Origin: an uncultured Candidatus Saccharibacteria bacterium
GTDB lineage: Bacteria > Patescibacteriota > Minisyncoccia > Phycocordibacterales > JACOZG01
Direction of reading: 5' to 3'
Assembly (NCBI GenBank): GCA_964651115.1
Contig: CAZYXJ010000001.1
Span: 42,273 to 106,272 of the forward strand
Length of the DNA stretch: 64,000 nt
Numbering within the stretch: the stretch's first letter is position 1; each line of letters opens with the position of its first letter. Shown piece by piece: positions 29,478 through 38,405 of the stretch. Below the pieces are notes generated by a model that made no database searches, had not been told where the DNA came from, and worked only from the letters and a program-made list of their open reading frames with translations. The position numbers and the translations under genes are program-made.

Positions 29478-30398
29478 TTAGCCGTAGAAAGCTAGGCCTA
29501 TGCCGCCAAGAACAAGTAATAGGATGGCAATAAATTTTTTTACCAAATTTTTTCGATCTAAAGATTCATTAAAGTGGCGAGGAAGAAATTTTGTTAGCAA
29601 GGCGCCGATAACAAGAACGAATAGTGGCTGAAGAGAGTTAACAACATAGACAAGTGCCACCGGGGCTAGAAGTACAGCATAATTAAAAAGTAAATCTGCG
29701 CCGATCATAGAGCCTTCGGTGGCTGATCCAAATTTAATCATTTTGATTCCTGCGCTGCGATAGAGGGCGAAAAAATCTCGACGGTACGAACCAATAAAAA
29801 TTAAGAGCAGTAAACCGAGAAGCATGATGCCGGAGTATTCCCAAAATTGTGATTGCCAATAACCCGCATCCAGAGCAATTTTCTTAAAGATCACGCCAGA
29901 CAGAGCCGAAAAAAAAGAGGCTGTGCCCATAAGCAACAAGAGTTTACCCTTTAACTTAAAGGTGCCATTTTCAGTAGCCAAAGAAAGCAAAAAAGCTCCT
30001 AAAATAATTACCGCACACAGAATCATTTGAATCGCAGAAAGTTGTTCTCCTAGAACGACATAACCCAAAACATAGGAAAAAACTGGGATTAATTGATAAA
30101 GCGGAACAACCAATGAGGCCTCATACCTATGGAGAGCATTAAGATATAGCGCCAGGCTACTCATGCTGATAACCCCATTAATAACCAGCGTGATTTTAAA
30201 AGTCGAAGAAAGTAAAAAAACTCCCTGATCAAGAAAGAAAGAGATGGGAACCATGATTCCCGCAAAAAGTGCTGAAAAAATGACGATCCCGCCAATACCA
30301 CCATCTTCTTTTACGAAATGACTAAGAACGAACTTGTCGATGAAATTGGCCGCGGTATACAGCAAGGGCGCCCCCAGGGCCACTAGAAACCAAGACAT
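29478..30398 (-). CDS. EamA/DMT family transporter
   Basis: About 10 TM in two repeats; EASLVVPLYQL.PVF...LGE motif. Confidence 0.85.
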   Translation of the reverse strand: MSWFLVALGAPLLYTAANFIDKFVLSHFVKEDGGIGGIVIFSALFAGIMVPISFFLDQGVFLLSSTFKITLVINGVISMSSLALYLNALHRYEASLVVPLYQLIPVFSYVLGYVVLGEQLSAIQMILCAVIILGAFLLSLATENGTFKLKGKLLLLMGTASFFSALSGVIFKKIALDAGYWQSQFWEYSGIMLLGLLLLIFIGSYRRDFFALYRSAGIKMIKFGSATEGSMIGADLLFNYAVLLAPVALVYVVNSLQPLFVLVIGALLTKFLPRHFNESLDRKNLVKKFIAILLLVLGGIGLAFYG

Positions 30399-30443
30399 AA
30401 GGTGTAGTATAATTTAAACAATAAATCTAATCCACTAGCATTT

Positions 30444-30569
30444 ATGACCCTTGCGTCCAAAATTTTAGTTGCCGTTCTTTTATATGCAATATTTTTTTCA
30501 ATTTTTGTTACCTTCCACCAGGGGGTAATTTTAAAAAAATATGATCTAATTAGCACTGAAGAGAATTAA
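30444..30569 (+). CDS. 41-aa single-TM peptide (absent from the ORF track)
   Basis: MTLASKILVAVLLYAIFFSIFVTFHQGVILKKYDLISTEEN fills the gap between EamA and SET. Confidence 0.55.
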   Translation: MTLASKILVAVLLYAIFFSIFVTFHQGVILKKYDLISTEEN

Positions 30570-30589
30570 ACTTTAGCGACCAATGAACT

Positions 30590-31117
30590 CTAAATAACTT
30601 GTCTATTAATTTTTTCTTGTAAATACCACTGAAAATACCCTTTGTATCTTTTTTGCAATTCTTTGTTTTTCCAATCTTGGTCGGTGATGATATTTCTACA
30701 GTTCTTAGAGGCACACAAACAATTTAGAGAATACGAAACTTGTTCGCTCTCTGATCCAAGAGCCATTGCATAATCAAAAGTTACAGCTTCCCCAACTAAA
30801 ATTTCTCTCATGGCCACCAAAATAATCTGTCCATGAAAGCCAGCATTTGGGTCACAGGAATGATTGAAAAAACAAGCTGGTTCGATTTCTGATTCTTTTT
30901 TTATCCCCAAAACAAAATCATCACCAATCTGTAGGCCATAATCAGAAAGATTGGCTGGGCCTTCTTTTTCTTCTTTTATTGTCATCACGTATCCTCCAAA
31001 TATTGCTAAAACTTCGCCCTTCATTATTTTTTTTGCGGCAAATACGCCCCTCCCTGCCCCAGAAGTTGTTTCTTGCAACTTTAGTTTTTCGTTAACCCAA
31101 GAGAAAGAATTGTGCAT
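30590..31117 (-). CDS. SET domain methyltransferase with post-SET zinc knuckle
   Basis: GRGVFA, NHSCDPN, EAVTFDY and CxC...C post-SET. Confidence 0.93.
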   Translation of the reverse strand: MHNSFSWVNEKLKLQETTSGAGRGVFAAKKIMKGEVLAIFGGYVMTIKEEKEGPANLSDYGLQIGDDFVLGIKKESEIEPACFFNHSCDPNAGFHGQIILVAMREILVGEAVTFDYAMALGSESEQVSYSLNCLCASKNCRNIITDQDWKNKELQKRYKGYFQWYLQEKINRQVI

Positions 31118-31160
31118 TTAAATTTGTTTATAAGTAAAAACTCACGCTATAATCATAAGT

Positions 31161-32825
31161 ATGCTAAATAACCTCATTACTTGTCCAGATTCTGTGCCAA
31201 ACTTCCTGGGAATTGTTGATACCCAACTAGCCCCTCCATTGCTATTTTATTCATATCTACCAATTATTGCCATTTGCTTATTTATGGGGGGATACGTTCT
31301 TGCGGCAAGCAAGTTTTCCCTAATTTCTAAAGCTTTCTTGGCCATCAGCATATTTTTTTCATTATGGTCAGCAAACGCACTTTTCCAGTGGATCGGGGTT
31401 CACGCCGACATAGTTCACTTTTCTTGGCAAATAATCATATTGTTTGAAGCCCTAATGTTTATTTCCGTGTTTTATTTTTCTTACGTTTTTTTACACAACA
31501 AGACACCATCGATATGGTGGCAAGTTGCACTGTCGGTTATTTTGTTCCCAATTATCTTACTTTTACCGTCCCGTTTGAATATCACCGCTTTTGATTTAAC
31601 TAATTGCGCCGGACTAGTTGGCTCTTTATGGCGATACGAATATGTAATGGAATTTTTCATTGCAATTTTGATTTTGTATTTTACCTTTAAGAAATGGCAA
31701 ATTAAAAAGAACATGAAAAGTAAAGAGGTTCTTTTGGGAGTTTCGTCCACTTTTTTTCTGGTCTTATTTTCGATTACAAACATAATTGGCGACGCCACTG
31801 GTTACTATCAAGTAACACTGGCGGGATCTATAGGTTTTGCAGTTTTCTTGGGAGCAGTTGTTTTCCTCATCGTCCGCTATAAGGCCTTCAATATTAAGAT
31901 CATTGGAACACAGGCCCTGGTTGTAACTTTGTGGGTTTTGACTGGATCATTGCTTCTGGTGGCCAAATCGGAAGTCACCCGAATCATTGTGGCATTAACA
32001 GAGATCGTCTCAATTATCTTCGGTCTCATTTTGATTAAAAGTGTTAAGCGAGAAGTCGCGCAGCGGGAAAAAATCGAAAAATTGGCCAGTGCCCTGGCGG
32101 AGACAAACGACGAGCTAAACGTGGCTAACGAAAAACTTAAAGAACTAGACAAACAGAAAACCGAATTCGTTTCGGTGGCGTCGCATCAGTTGCGTGCTCC
32201 GACTACGGCCATCAAAGGTTACTCCTCAATGCTTCTCGAAGGTTCTTATGGTCCGCTGGAAGAGAAGGCCAAGCAAGCTGTCGACGTCATTTTCCAATCA
32301 GCCCAAAAACTTAATTTCGTGATCGAAGATTTTCTCAACATTACCCGCATTGAGTTGGGCAAAATGAAGTATGAGATTTCTGAAGTTGATTTAAAGAAAA
32401 TGGTTGATCAGGTATTTAAGGAGCTCGACCCCGTGGCCAAGCGCAAGGGTCTCGAATTTAGCTTTAGTGCTGGACGAGGCTCGTTTAAGGTGATGGCCGA
32501 TCCCAGCAAGCTTTCCCAAGTCATTATGAATATTGTGGATAACTCAATTAAATATACTCCCAGTGGTTCAATTAAGGCTCGCCTTGAGGTCAAGGGAGGC
32601 AAACGTCTCTTTAGTATTACCGACACCGGTGTCGGCATGAGCGAAGAGACTCGGGGGCGCCTATTCCAAAAGTTTACTCGTGCCTACAACGCCAGCGCCT
32701 CTAACGGCACCGGTACTGGCTTAGGACTCTTCGTCGCCAAACAAATGATCGAGGCCCAAGGCGGACGTCTGTGGGTTGAGTCTGCCGGCGAAGGGAAGGG
32801 GAGCACCTTCTTTGTGGAGTTGTAG
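31161..32825 (+). CDS. Sensor histidine kinase with multi-TM (7TM-like) sensor
   Basis: 7-9 hydrophobic helices, coiled coil, H-box SHQLRAP, N-box NIVDNSIKY, G-boxes DTGVG and GTGLGL. Confidence 0.93.
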   Translation: MLNNLITCPDSVPNFLGIVDTQLAPPLLFYSYLPIIAICLFMGGYVLAASKFSLISKAFLAISIFFSLWSANALFQWIGVHADIVHFSWQIIILFEALMFISVFYFSYVFLHNKTPSIWWQVALSVILFPIILLLPSRLNITAFDLTNCAGLVGSLWRYEYVMEFFIAILILYFTFKKWQIKKNMKSKEVLLGVSSTFFLVLFSITNIIGDATGYYQVTLAGSIGFAVFLGAVVFLIVRYKAFNIKIIGTQALVVTLWVLTGSLLLVAKSEVTRIIVALTEIVSIIFGLILIKSVKREVAQREKIEKLASALAETNDELNVANEKLKELDKQKTEFVSVASHQLRAPTTAIKGYSSMLLEGSYGPLEEKAKQAVDVIFQSAQKLNFVIEDFLNITRIELGKMKYEISEVDLKKMVDQVFKELDPVAKRKGLEFSFSAGRGSFKVMADPSKLSQVIMNIVDNSIKYTPSGSIKARLEVKGGKRLFSITDTGVGMSEETRGRLFQKFTRAYNASASNGTGTGLGLFVAKQMIEAQGGRLWVESAGEGKGSTFFVEL

Positions 32826-32921
32826 CTTAAGCGAGCTATAGTATACTTCTAAGTAGACCCAACCATAAGTTCTCGTGCGAGAGCGGGGTGGGACGATCTT
32901 TACCAAAATAGGAGATGGGCC

Positions 32922-34037
32922 ATGTGGTTAACCGGTTGTTTGGTTGCCGCCTCAGCTCTGGCGGTTGGCCAGACCGAGTACGAAACTTTTTACCCCTTAA
33001 GCCAACAGCGACCGACTCTGCAGCACGTCGCGCGTCCCGTCGGCCAACAAACAAGAGGACGATACCTTTTTTCTGATCCCGAACGACTTACCGCCGGGCA
33101 AGTTGCGGGGATCCAATTCTCCACTCTTATTTATTTTTCCCCGGAGGGACTGCCCAAATCACCCGTCCGCGTGCGCCTGTGGCTTTACGAAGAACCGGTC
33201 GCCCCGAGCATCGCTCACGGGCAGATCCAAGTCGCGCGCGTCACCAGTTCTTGGGAAGCCAAAAAAGTTACTGGCCGTTTAATGGGCCAAGCCAAATCTT
33301 CACGTCGTCACGCCTGGAAGTTCATTGATCTGACCGAGACTTATTTGGCGTGGCGCTCGGGGCTGTGGACCGAGCAGAATTATGGTCTAGCCATTTGCCC
33401 GACGGCTAAGTCAACCGACCCAGGCCAGATGAACTCTTTTGCGAGCTGGGAACATCCGGTAGAATCGGTTAGGCCTTTTCTGGCAATCCAAACGGCCGAT
33501 ACTGGCTGGTACCATTTTCCTTTGCGGGGAGGTTATTTGCCCGAGATGATTACTGGTTACAACTTTGGCGAACCGTGGTTGCCAGAGAGCCAGCGAACCA
33601 TCTCGCCAGCCAATTTTCCTCTCTTGCATACAGGCATTGATTTGCGAGCAGAAGTCGGCGATCCGGTCTGTGCGATTGCCTCAGGGATGGTGAGGCTCTC
33701 AACGGCTGATGAGAAGTGGGGTGGATACATCGTGGTAGAGCATCATCACGGCGACACTCCTTACACCGCCACTTACACTCACGTCCTACCTGGTGGACTG
33801 TGGGTTAGTCAGCTCTTTTGGGTTCAGGCCGGAGACGTTCTGGGGACTATTGCGCCCGGTAACGCCAATTTTTCGCCCCACCTGCACTTCCAGATCAGAT
33901 TGGGCGAGTATGACCCGACTCGATCATTGCTCGGCAGGCTACCAGAAGTTTCCGCCACCACCACCGCCTCACCAACCGTGCCCGAGCCAGCCTTTCCCGA
34001 AAATTTTTATGACCCACGGGTGATGCCTTGGGAATAA
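32922..34037 (+). CDS. Secreted M23 peptidase with an N-terminal beta-sandwich (DNRLRE/CBM96-like) domain
   Basis: Signal peptide; IDLT...W...NYGL...FAS.E...RP.L motif; M23 HTGID and PHLH; SD AGGAG. Confidence 0.78.
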   Translation: MWLTGCLVAASALAVGQTEYETFYPLSQQRPTLQHVARPVGQQTRGRYLFSDPERLTAGQVAGIQFSTLIYFSPEGLPKSPVRVRLWLYEEPVAPSIAHGQIQVARVTSSWEAKKVTGRLMGQAKSSRRHAWKFIDLTETYLAWRSGLWTEQNYGLAICPTAKSTDPGQMNSFASWEHPVESVRPFLAIQTADTGWYHFPLRGGYLPEMITGYNFGEPWLPESQRTISPANFPLLHTGIDLRAEVGDPVCAIASGMVRLSTADEKWGGYIVVEHHHGDTPYTATYTHVLPGGLWVSQLFWVQAGDVLGTIAPGNANFSPHLHFQIRLGEYDPTRSLLGRLPEVSATTTASPTVPEPAFPENFYDPRVMPWE

Positions 34038-34044
34038 AAATATA

Positions 34045-34077
34045 AGCGCCAGTACCACCTTAAGTGGTACTGGCGCT
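34045..34077. terminator. Hairpin between convergent genes, likely bidirectional terminator
   Basis: Perfect 14-bp stem AGCGCCAGTACCAC/GTGGTACTGGCGCT with a 5-nt loop. Confidence 0.75.
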
Positions 34078-34086
34078 CTTCGCTGC

Positions 34087-34350
34087 TCACAGATCATACT
34101 CTCCTCCTTCGCCCGCGCTTAAGCGGGGGCAATTTTCCATGACGTCCTTCGCTTCCGCTCGGGGTCTCACTGTCCACGCTGGCGGTAGGGGATAAGGCCG
34201 CTCCGCTTTGGGGACAGCGACGACGGCCTGCGGCGGCTCCACCTTGGGTGGAGGAGCTTCAGCGGGCGGTGCAACCTCCGGCGCCGAGGAGTTTTCGCAA
34301 CTCGGAGCCAGCACCAACACCAGGAGTACCAGCCAGATCAGACTCTTCAT
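34087..34350 (-). CDS. Small Pro-rich putative lipoprotein
   Basis: Hydrophobic signal ending LAPS-C; SD AAGGAGGTG. Confidence 0.6.
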   Translation of the reverse strand: MKSLIWLVLLVLVLAPSCENSSAPEVAPPAEAPPPKVEPPQAVVAVPKAERPYPLPPAWTVRPRAEAKDVMENCPRLSAGEGGEYDL

Positions 34351-34714
34351 CGATCACCTCCTTAGAAAGAGTGGGGTTCCAATACAACGCCAGGATCGCT
34401 TCGCCACACGGCACGCAAGTTTGATAACAACCTACCTGGTCATTGTAGTAGTAATAGGCCTTGGCACAGCCCGTGTCGCAACCACTGCGCACGGCATCCA
34501 TTTCTTCCCCATAGCTATAGCCATCGGCATAATCTTGCCTGGCGGCGGAGATGATCGAAGCGATGTAGTTATCGCTATAACCCGCGGGTCGACATAGGCG
34601 ATAAGCCCGGTCGACGGGCGACTCCACGACGGGGGCCGGGGCACAACCCTGACCGGATAGGAAGGGGAAGATCAACCACAAGGCGACGATCCCCACAAAC
34701 AGTTTTCGACTCAC
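34259..34714 (-). CDS. Putative Cys-rich lipoprotein
   Basis: Signal ending SGQG-C, then C, Cx3C and Cx3Cx2C; SD AGGAGG; overlaps the next gene by 92 nt. Confidence 0.6.
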   Translation of the reverse strand: MSRKLFVGIVALWLIFPFLSGQGCAPAPVVESPVDRAYRLCRPAGYSDNYIASIISAARQDYADGYSYGEEMDAVRSGCDTGCAKAYYYYNDQVGCYQTCVPCGEAILALYWNPTLSKEVIDEESDLAGTPGVGAGSELRKLLGAGGCTAR

Positions 34715-34841
34715 GAGATTTCCTCCTAAAAATAGAGAGGGGAAAAGGGACCAGTCAACATTTAGAGAGCAACGAGCTCCACCTTTAGACTAGCACACTC
34801 TAGTTTTACCCGCACTATTTTTTTGCTATGATTGTCCACAT

Positions 34842-35792
34842 ATGGTCAATCAAGAAAAAGTCCTCCTTTCCGGTGTTAAGCCGACAGGCCGCCCCCACTT
34901 GGGCAATTATTTTGGCGCCTTAAAACAGTTTGTTAACCTGCAAAATGAGTATCGCTGTTTTATTATGCTGGCCGATTATCACGCCCTAACGACTGAGAAC
35001 GATCCGGCCGCCTTGCGCCAAAACACCCTCGATCTAGCCATCGATTATTTAGCCATTGGCCTGGATCCAGAGCGCGTGACTCTCTTTAAGCAATCAGCCG
35101 TGCCAGCGCACACCGAGCTCGCTTGGATCTTTAACTGTCTCACCACCATGCCTTACTTGATGCGCGCGCACGCCTTCAAGGACGCGGAAGCCAAAAACAA
35201 AGAGATTAGTGTGGGTACTTTTGACTACCCAATGCTCATGGCCGCCGACATTCTACTTTATGAGGCTGATGTCGTGCCGGTGGGACAGGATCAGAAACAG
35301 CATATCGAGATCGCTCGCGACACGGCCGAAAAATTTAATCGACTGTTTGGCGAAACCTTTAAACTTCCCGAGCCCCTGATTTTGCCCGAAGTAAAAACGG
35401 TGCCCGGTATTGATGGCCAAAAAATGAGTAAAAGCTACGGCAACACCATCCCGCTCTTTGCTTCTGATGAGGAAATCACCAAACAGGTAATGGCAATCGT
35501 CACTGATTCCAGCGGCGAGGTGCCACAAAATGTTTACGAGATCCACAAACTTTTCCGCAGCCCCGAGGACTTGGTCGCGATTTACGAGTCCAAAAAGGGG
35601 AGGTATAAAGAACTTAAAGAGGCTTTAATTACTGATATTTGCCAGTTCGTGGCGCCGCTACGCGAGCGGCGAGCGGCCATTGCCTCGGACCCGTCAAGAG
35701 TGGAAGAAATTTTAACGCTCGGCGCGGAGACGGCCCGGACCCGGGCCCAGGCCACTCTTGAGCGCGCTCGCTCCGCCGTCGGAATTTCTTAA
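34842..35792 (+). CDS. trpS: Tryptophan--tRNA ligase
   Basis: SGVKPTG.PHLGN, YPMLMAADIL, VPVGQDQ, KMSKS. Confidence 0.98.
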   Translation: MVNQEKVLLSGVKPTGRPHLGNYFGALKQFVNLQNEYRCFIMLADYHALTTENDPAALRQNTLDLAIDYLAIGLDPERVTLFKQSAVPAHTELAWIFNCLTTMPYLMRAHAFKDAEAKNKEISVGTFDYPMLMAADILLYEADVVPVGQDQKQHIEIARDTAEKFNRLFGETFKLPEPLILPEVKTVPGIDGQKMSKSYGNTIPLFASDEEITKQVMAIVTDSSGEVPQNVYEIHKLFRSPEDLVAIYESKKGRYKELKEALITDICQFVAPLRERRAAIASDPSRVEEILTLGAETARTRAQATLERARSAVGIS

Positions 35793-37625
35793 ATGAGAGA
35801 ACGAATTCGTAAAATCAGAAGTTCGTCTTGGGCCTTGCTTAAAAATTGTTGGCGTTCGTTGGGTTACGCCTATCAATTTTCGCCCCGAGCCATCATCCTC
35901 ATGCTCGTTCTGGGCTCCCTGATTCCAGCCCTGACCTTCGCTCAAAATAAATATTTTGGGCGCGTGATTGACGGACTGGTTTCTTCCGTCGCGGCTCGCG
36001 AGCTTAATGCGCTGTGGCAACTGGTAGGCATCTATGCCCTCCTACTGATGATTAGCCCGATCTTGCGGGCGATTCGCCTCGCGGTGGAGAAACGCTACTA
36101 TCTCAAGCTCCAAGAGGGCATGGAAATTTTGTTGCTCCGGCGCCGAAGCGAGACCGATATCGCCACGCTGGAAGACAAAAATTACCAAGACCTCCTTCAG
36201 CGAGCGCTCCAGCGCGGCCACTGGCCCATCAGTTCGATTGTCGACCACCTACTCATCGCCTGGCAGAGCCTGATGGCCGTAGCGATCGGCTCGCTCGTCG
36301 CCGTCTGGTTTGACTGGCGGATCTTTGTGATTGTGATTACCGCTTCACTTCCCAAATTTGTTGCCGACATCAGGCACGGCCAAGACGTGTGGAGCATTCA
36401 CGCTCACGCCAGCCCTGATCAGCGACGCTTTGGCGACTTGCGTTTCCACATTGGCAATCGCATCTCTCTGATTGAGACCAAGCTGTATCAAAGCAGTAAT
36501 TGGATCATCAACTGGATGGGAAAAATTTTGGGCAAGTTTACGGACGACCAAATCTCGGCCGAACAGCGTCGCCTAAAATGGGTCGTGATGGCAGAGGTGC
36601 TTTCCACCGCCGGCTTCGTGCTCGCCATTCTCTTGATTGTTCGTGAGGTAATGGCGGGCAACATCCAGATCGGCGCGATGACCTTCGTGGTTGCTTCGCT
36701 GTCTCAGCTCGATAGTTCCATTTCTGGTCTATTGATTAGCATTGCCAAGCAGTACGAAGCTAACCAATATGCTAACGATATCTATCGGGTAATGGATTGG
36801 CCGCCCGCGATTGCGCACGCCAAGAAACCCAAAAAACTTGAGCTTGATGGGCCACCCGAAATCGTTTTCGAAAACGTCTCCTTTCATTACCCCCACGATC
36901 CCAAACTGATTCTTGACGGTCTTAACCTCACAATCAAAGCCGGAGAAAAATTGGGGATCGTCGGCATCAACGGTGCCGGTAAAACCACGCTCGTTAAGCT
37001 CTTGTGTCGGATCTATGATCCAACCAGTGGGCGCATTCTCGTCAATGGTCTCGACCTGCGCCAAGTAGAACTGGAAGAATGGCATTCGGTTTTAGCCGTT
37101 TTGTTCCAGGACTACACGTCCTTCGATTTCCAGACCGACCAAGCGATTGCCATGGGGCGAGTCGAGCAGGAAATTGTTCCTGAGCAAGTCCGAGCCGCGG
37201 CCGAAACTAGTGATGCCGATTCCTTTATTCGTCATTGGAAAAACCAATACGAAGAAATGTTGGGTGTGGAATTCGGCGGTCAGGAGCTCTCACGCGGCCA
37301 GCGCCAGAGATTGGCCATTGCGCGAGCGGCTTATCGTCAGGGACGCGTCCTCGTCCTCGACGAACCAACGGCCTCCGTCGACGCCGATTCGGAGATGAAA
37401 ATCTTTGAACGGTTAGAGTCCTGGAATGGGGCGACAATGATCCTCATTTCTCATCGCTTCAACACTCTGCGCCGCGCCAGTCGGATCATGTTGATCGAGG
37501 GCGGCAAGGTGGCGGAGATCGGCTCGCACGAAGAGCTGATGGCCCTCGGTGGACGCTATGCCGAAATGTTTACGCGGCAAGTGGAGAGCTACGTCGAGAC
37601 CCCGACCGAAAGCACGGTCAGTTAA
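35793..37625 (+). CDS. ABC exporter, fused permease plus ATPase
   Basis: N-terminal TMD; GINGAGKT, signature variant LSRGQ, LDEPT, SHR. Confidence 0.92.
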   Translation: MRERIRKIRSSSWALLKNCWRSLGYAYQFSPRAIILMLVLGSLIPALTFAQNKYFGRVIDGLVSSVAARELNALWQLVGIYALLLMISPILRAIRLAVEKRYYLKLQEGMEILLLRRRSETDIATLEDKNYQDLLQRALQRGHWPISSIVDHLLIAWQSLMAVAIGSLVAVWFDWRIFVIVITASLPKFVADIRHGQDVWSIHAHASPDQRRFGDLRFHIGNRISLIETKLYQSSNWIINWMGKILGKFTDDQISAEQRRLKWVVMAEVLSTAGFVLAILLIVREVMAGNIQIGAMTFVVASLSQLDSSISGLLISIAKQYEANQYANDIYRVMDWPPAIAHAKKPKKLELDGPPEIVFENVSFHYPHDPKLILDGLNLTIKAGEKLGIVGINGAGKTTLVKLLCRIYDPTSGRILVNGLDLRQVELEEWHSVLAVLFQDYTSFDFQTDQAIAMGRVEQEIVPEQVRAAAETSDADSFIRHWKNQYEEMLGVEFGGQELSRGQRQRLAIARAAYRQGRVLVLDEPTASVDADSEMKIFERLESWNGATMILISHRFNTLRRASRIMLIEGGKVAEIGSHEELMALGGRYAEMFTRQVESYVETPTESTVS

Positions 37626-37635
37626 ATCAAAACTC

Positions 37636-37660
37636 GGGACCCCTTAAGGGGTCCCTTTTT
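37636..37660 (+). terminator. Intrinsic terminator
   Basis: GGGACCCC-TTAA-GGGGTCCC followed by T5. Confidence 0.85.
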
Positions 37661-37725
37661 CTTATTCACAATTATAAAAATATGTGGTATAAGAAAAAGG
37701 GACATTCAAACTGAAAAGGAGGTCA

Positions 37726-38310
37726 GTGATGCAACGGATTCTTTTGGCGGCACTAGCCCTGGCTAGTGCCGGATGCTTTTCACCTCGAGGTACCGTCACC
37801 GTCGGAGCTAGTGTCAGGCAAATTAGGGGCAATTACAACGGCTTCCGCAGCCGCGCCACCATTCCCGTCGGCACTGTCCGCTTGGCTCAACCCATGGGAA
37901 AGAAGCTGGAAATCTGGCACGAGTGGCAGGGCAATCAGGGCCGAGTACCCGCCGATCATCTCGTGGCCCGAGGAGAGGGTGAGGGTTGGCTGTGGGCATC
38001 GGCCACTGGGATCGCATTGTATCCGGCCGAAACACGCCTCTTGGGCTTAACAATGGGCGGAGAGTTTTTTGAGGCGCGATACCGGATGACGGGACGGCTC
38101 GGACCCCTTCGTTCGCAAGAGCGAGATCATTTCTCGGGCGTAGGATTGGTCCTCGGCTTAAGAAGCGAGCTTCCTCTCGATCGGAATAAGCGCTTTGGTC
38201 TAGTCATTGAGGGCGGTTACCGCTTTACCGACACCTGGACCACCAAAGCCCGGATCGACGGCGATGGCTGGTATGGCACCATTGGCCTGGCTATCCAGTT
38301 GGGCCCTTAA
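37726..38310 (+). CDS. Putative outer-membrane beta-barrel-like (lipo)protein
   Basis: Signal with SAG-C lipobox; about 8 amphipathic strands ending EGGYRF..GWYGTIGLAIQL; SD AAGGAGG. Confidence 0.5.
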   Translation: MMQRILLAALALASAGCFSPRGTVTVGASVRQIRGNYNGFRSRATIPVGTVRLAQPMGKKLEIWHEWQGNQGRVPADHLVARGEGEGWLWASATGIALYPAETRLLGLTMGGEFFEARYRMTGRLGPLRSQERDHFSGVGLVLGLRSELPLDRNKRFGLVIEGGYRFTDTWTTKARIDGDGWYGTIGLAIQLGP

Positions 38311-38315
38311 GCATT

Positions 38316-38360
38316 TCACCCCCCCCCCCTGATCAACACCGAGTGTTGATCAGGGGTTTT
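38316..38360 (-). repeat. REP-like palindromic element, copy 1
   Basis: TCA-C11-TGATCAACACCGAGTGTTGATCAGGGGTTTT; reverse complement of 59948-59994 apart from one C in the short C-run. Confidence 0.85.
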
Positions 38361-38405
38361 CTTTTGAACGTTTTTCTTTTGAGAAAATATGTTAAACTCA
38401 ACTTG

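Noticed and set aside
38316-38360. CRISPR repeat
   Set aside because: Only two dispersed copies, with no spacer array and no cas genes.
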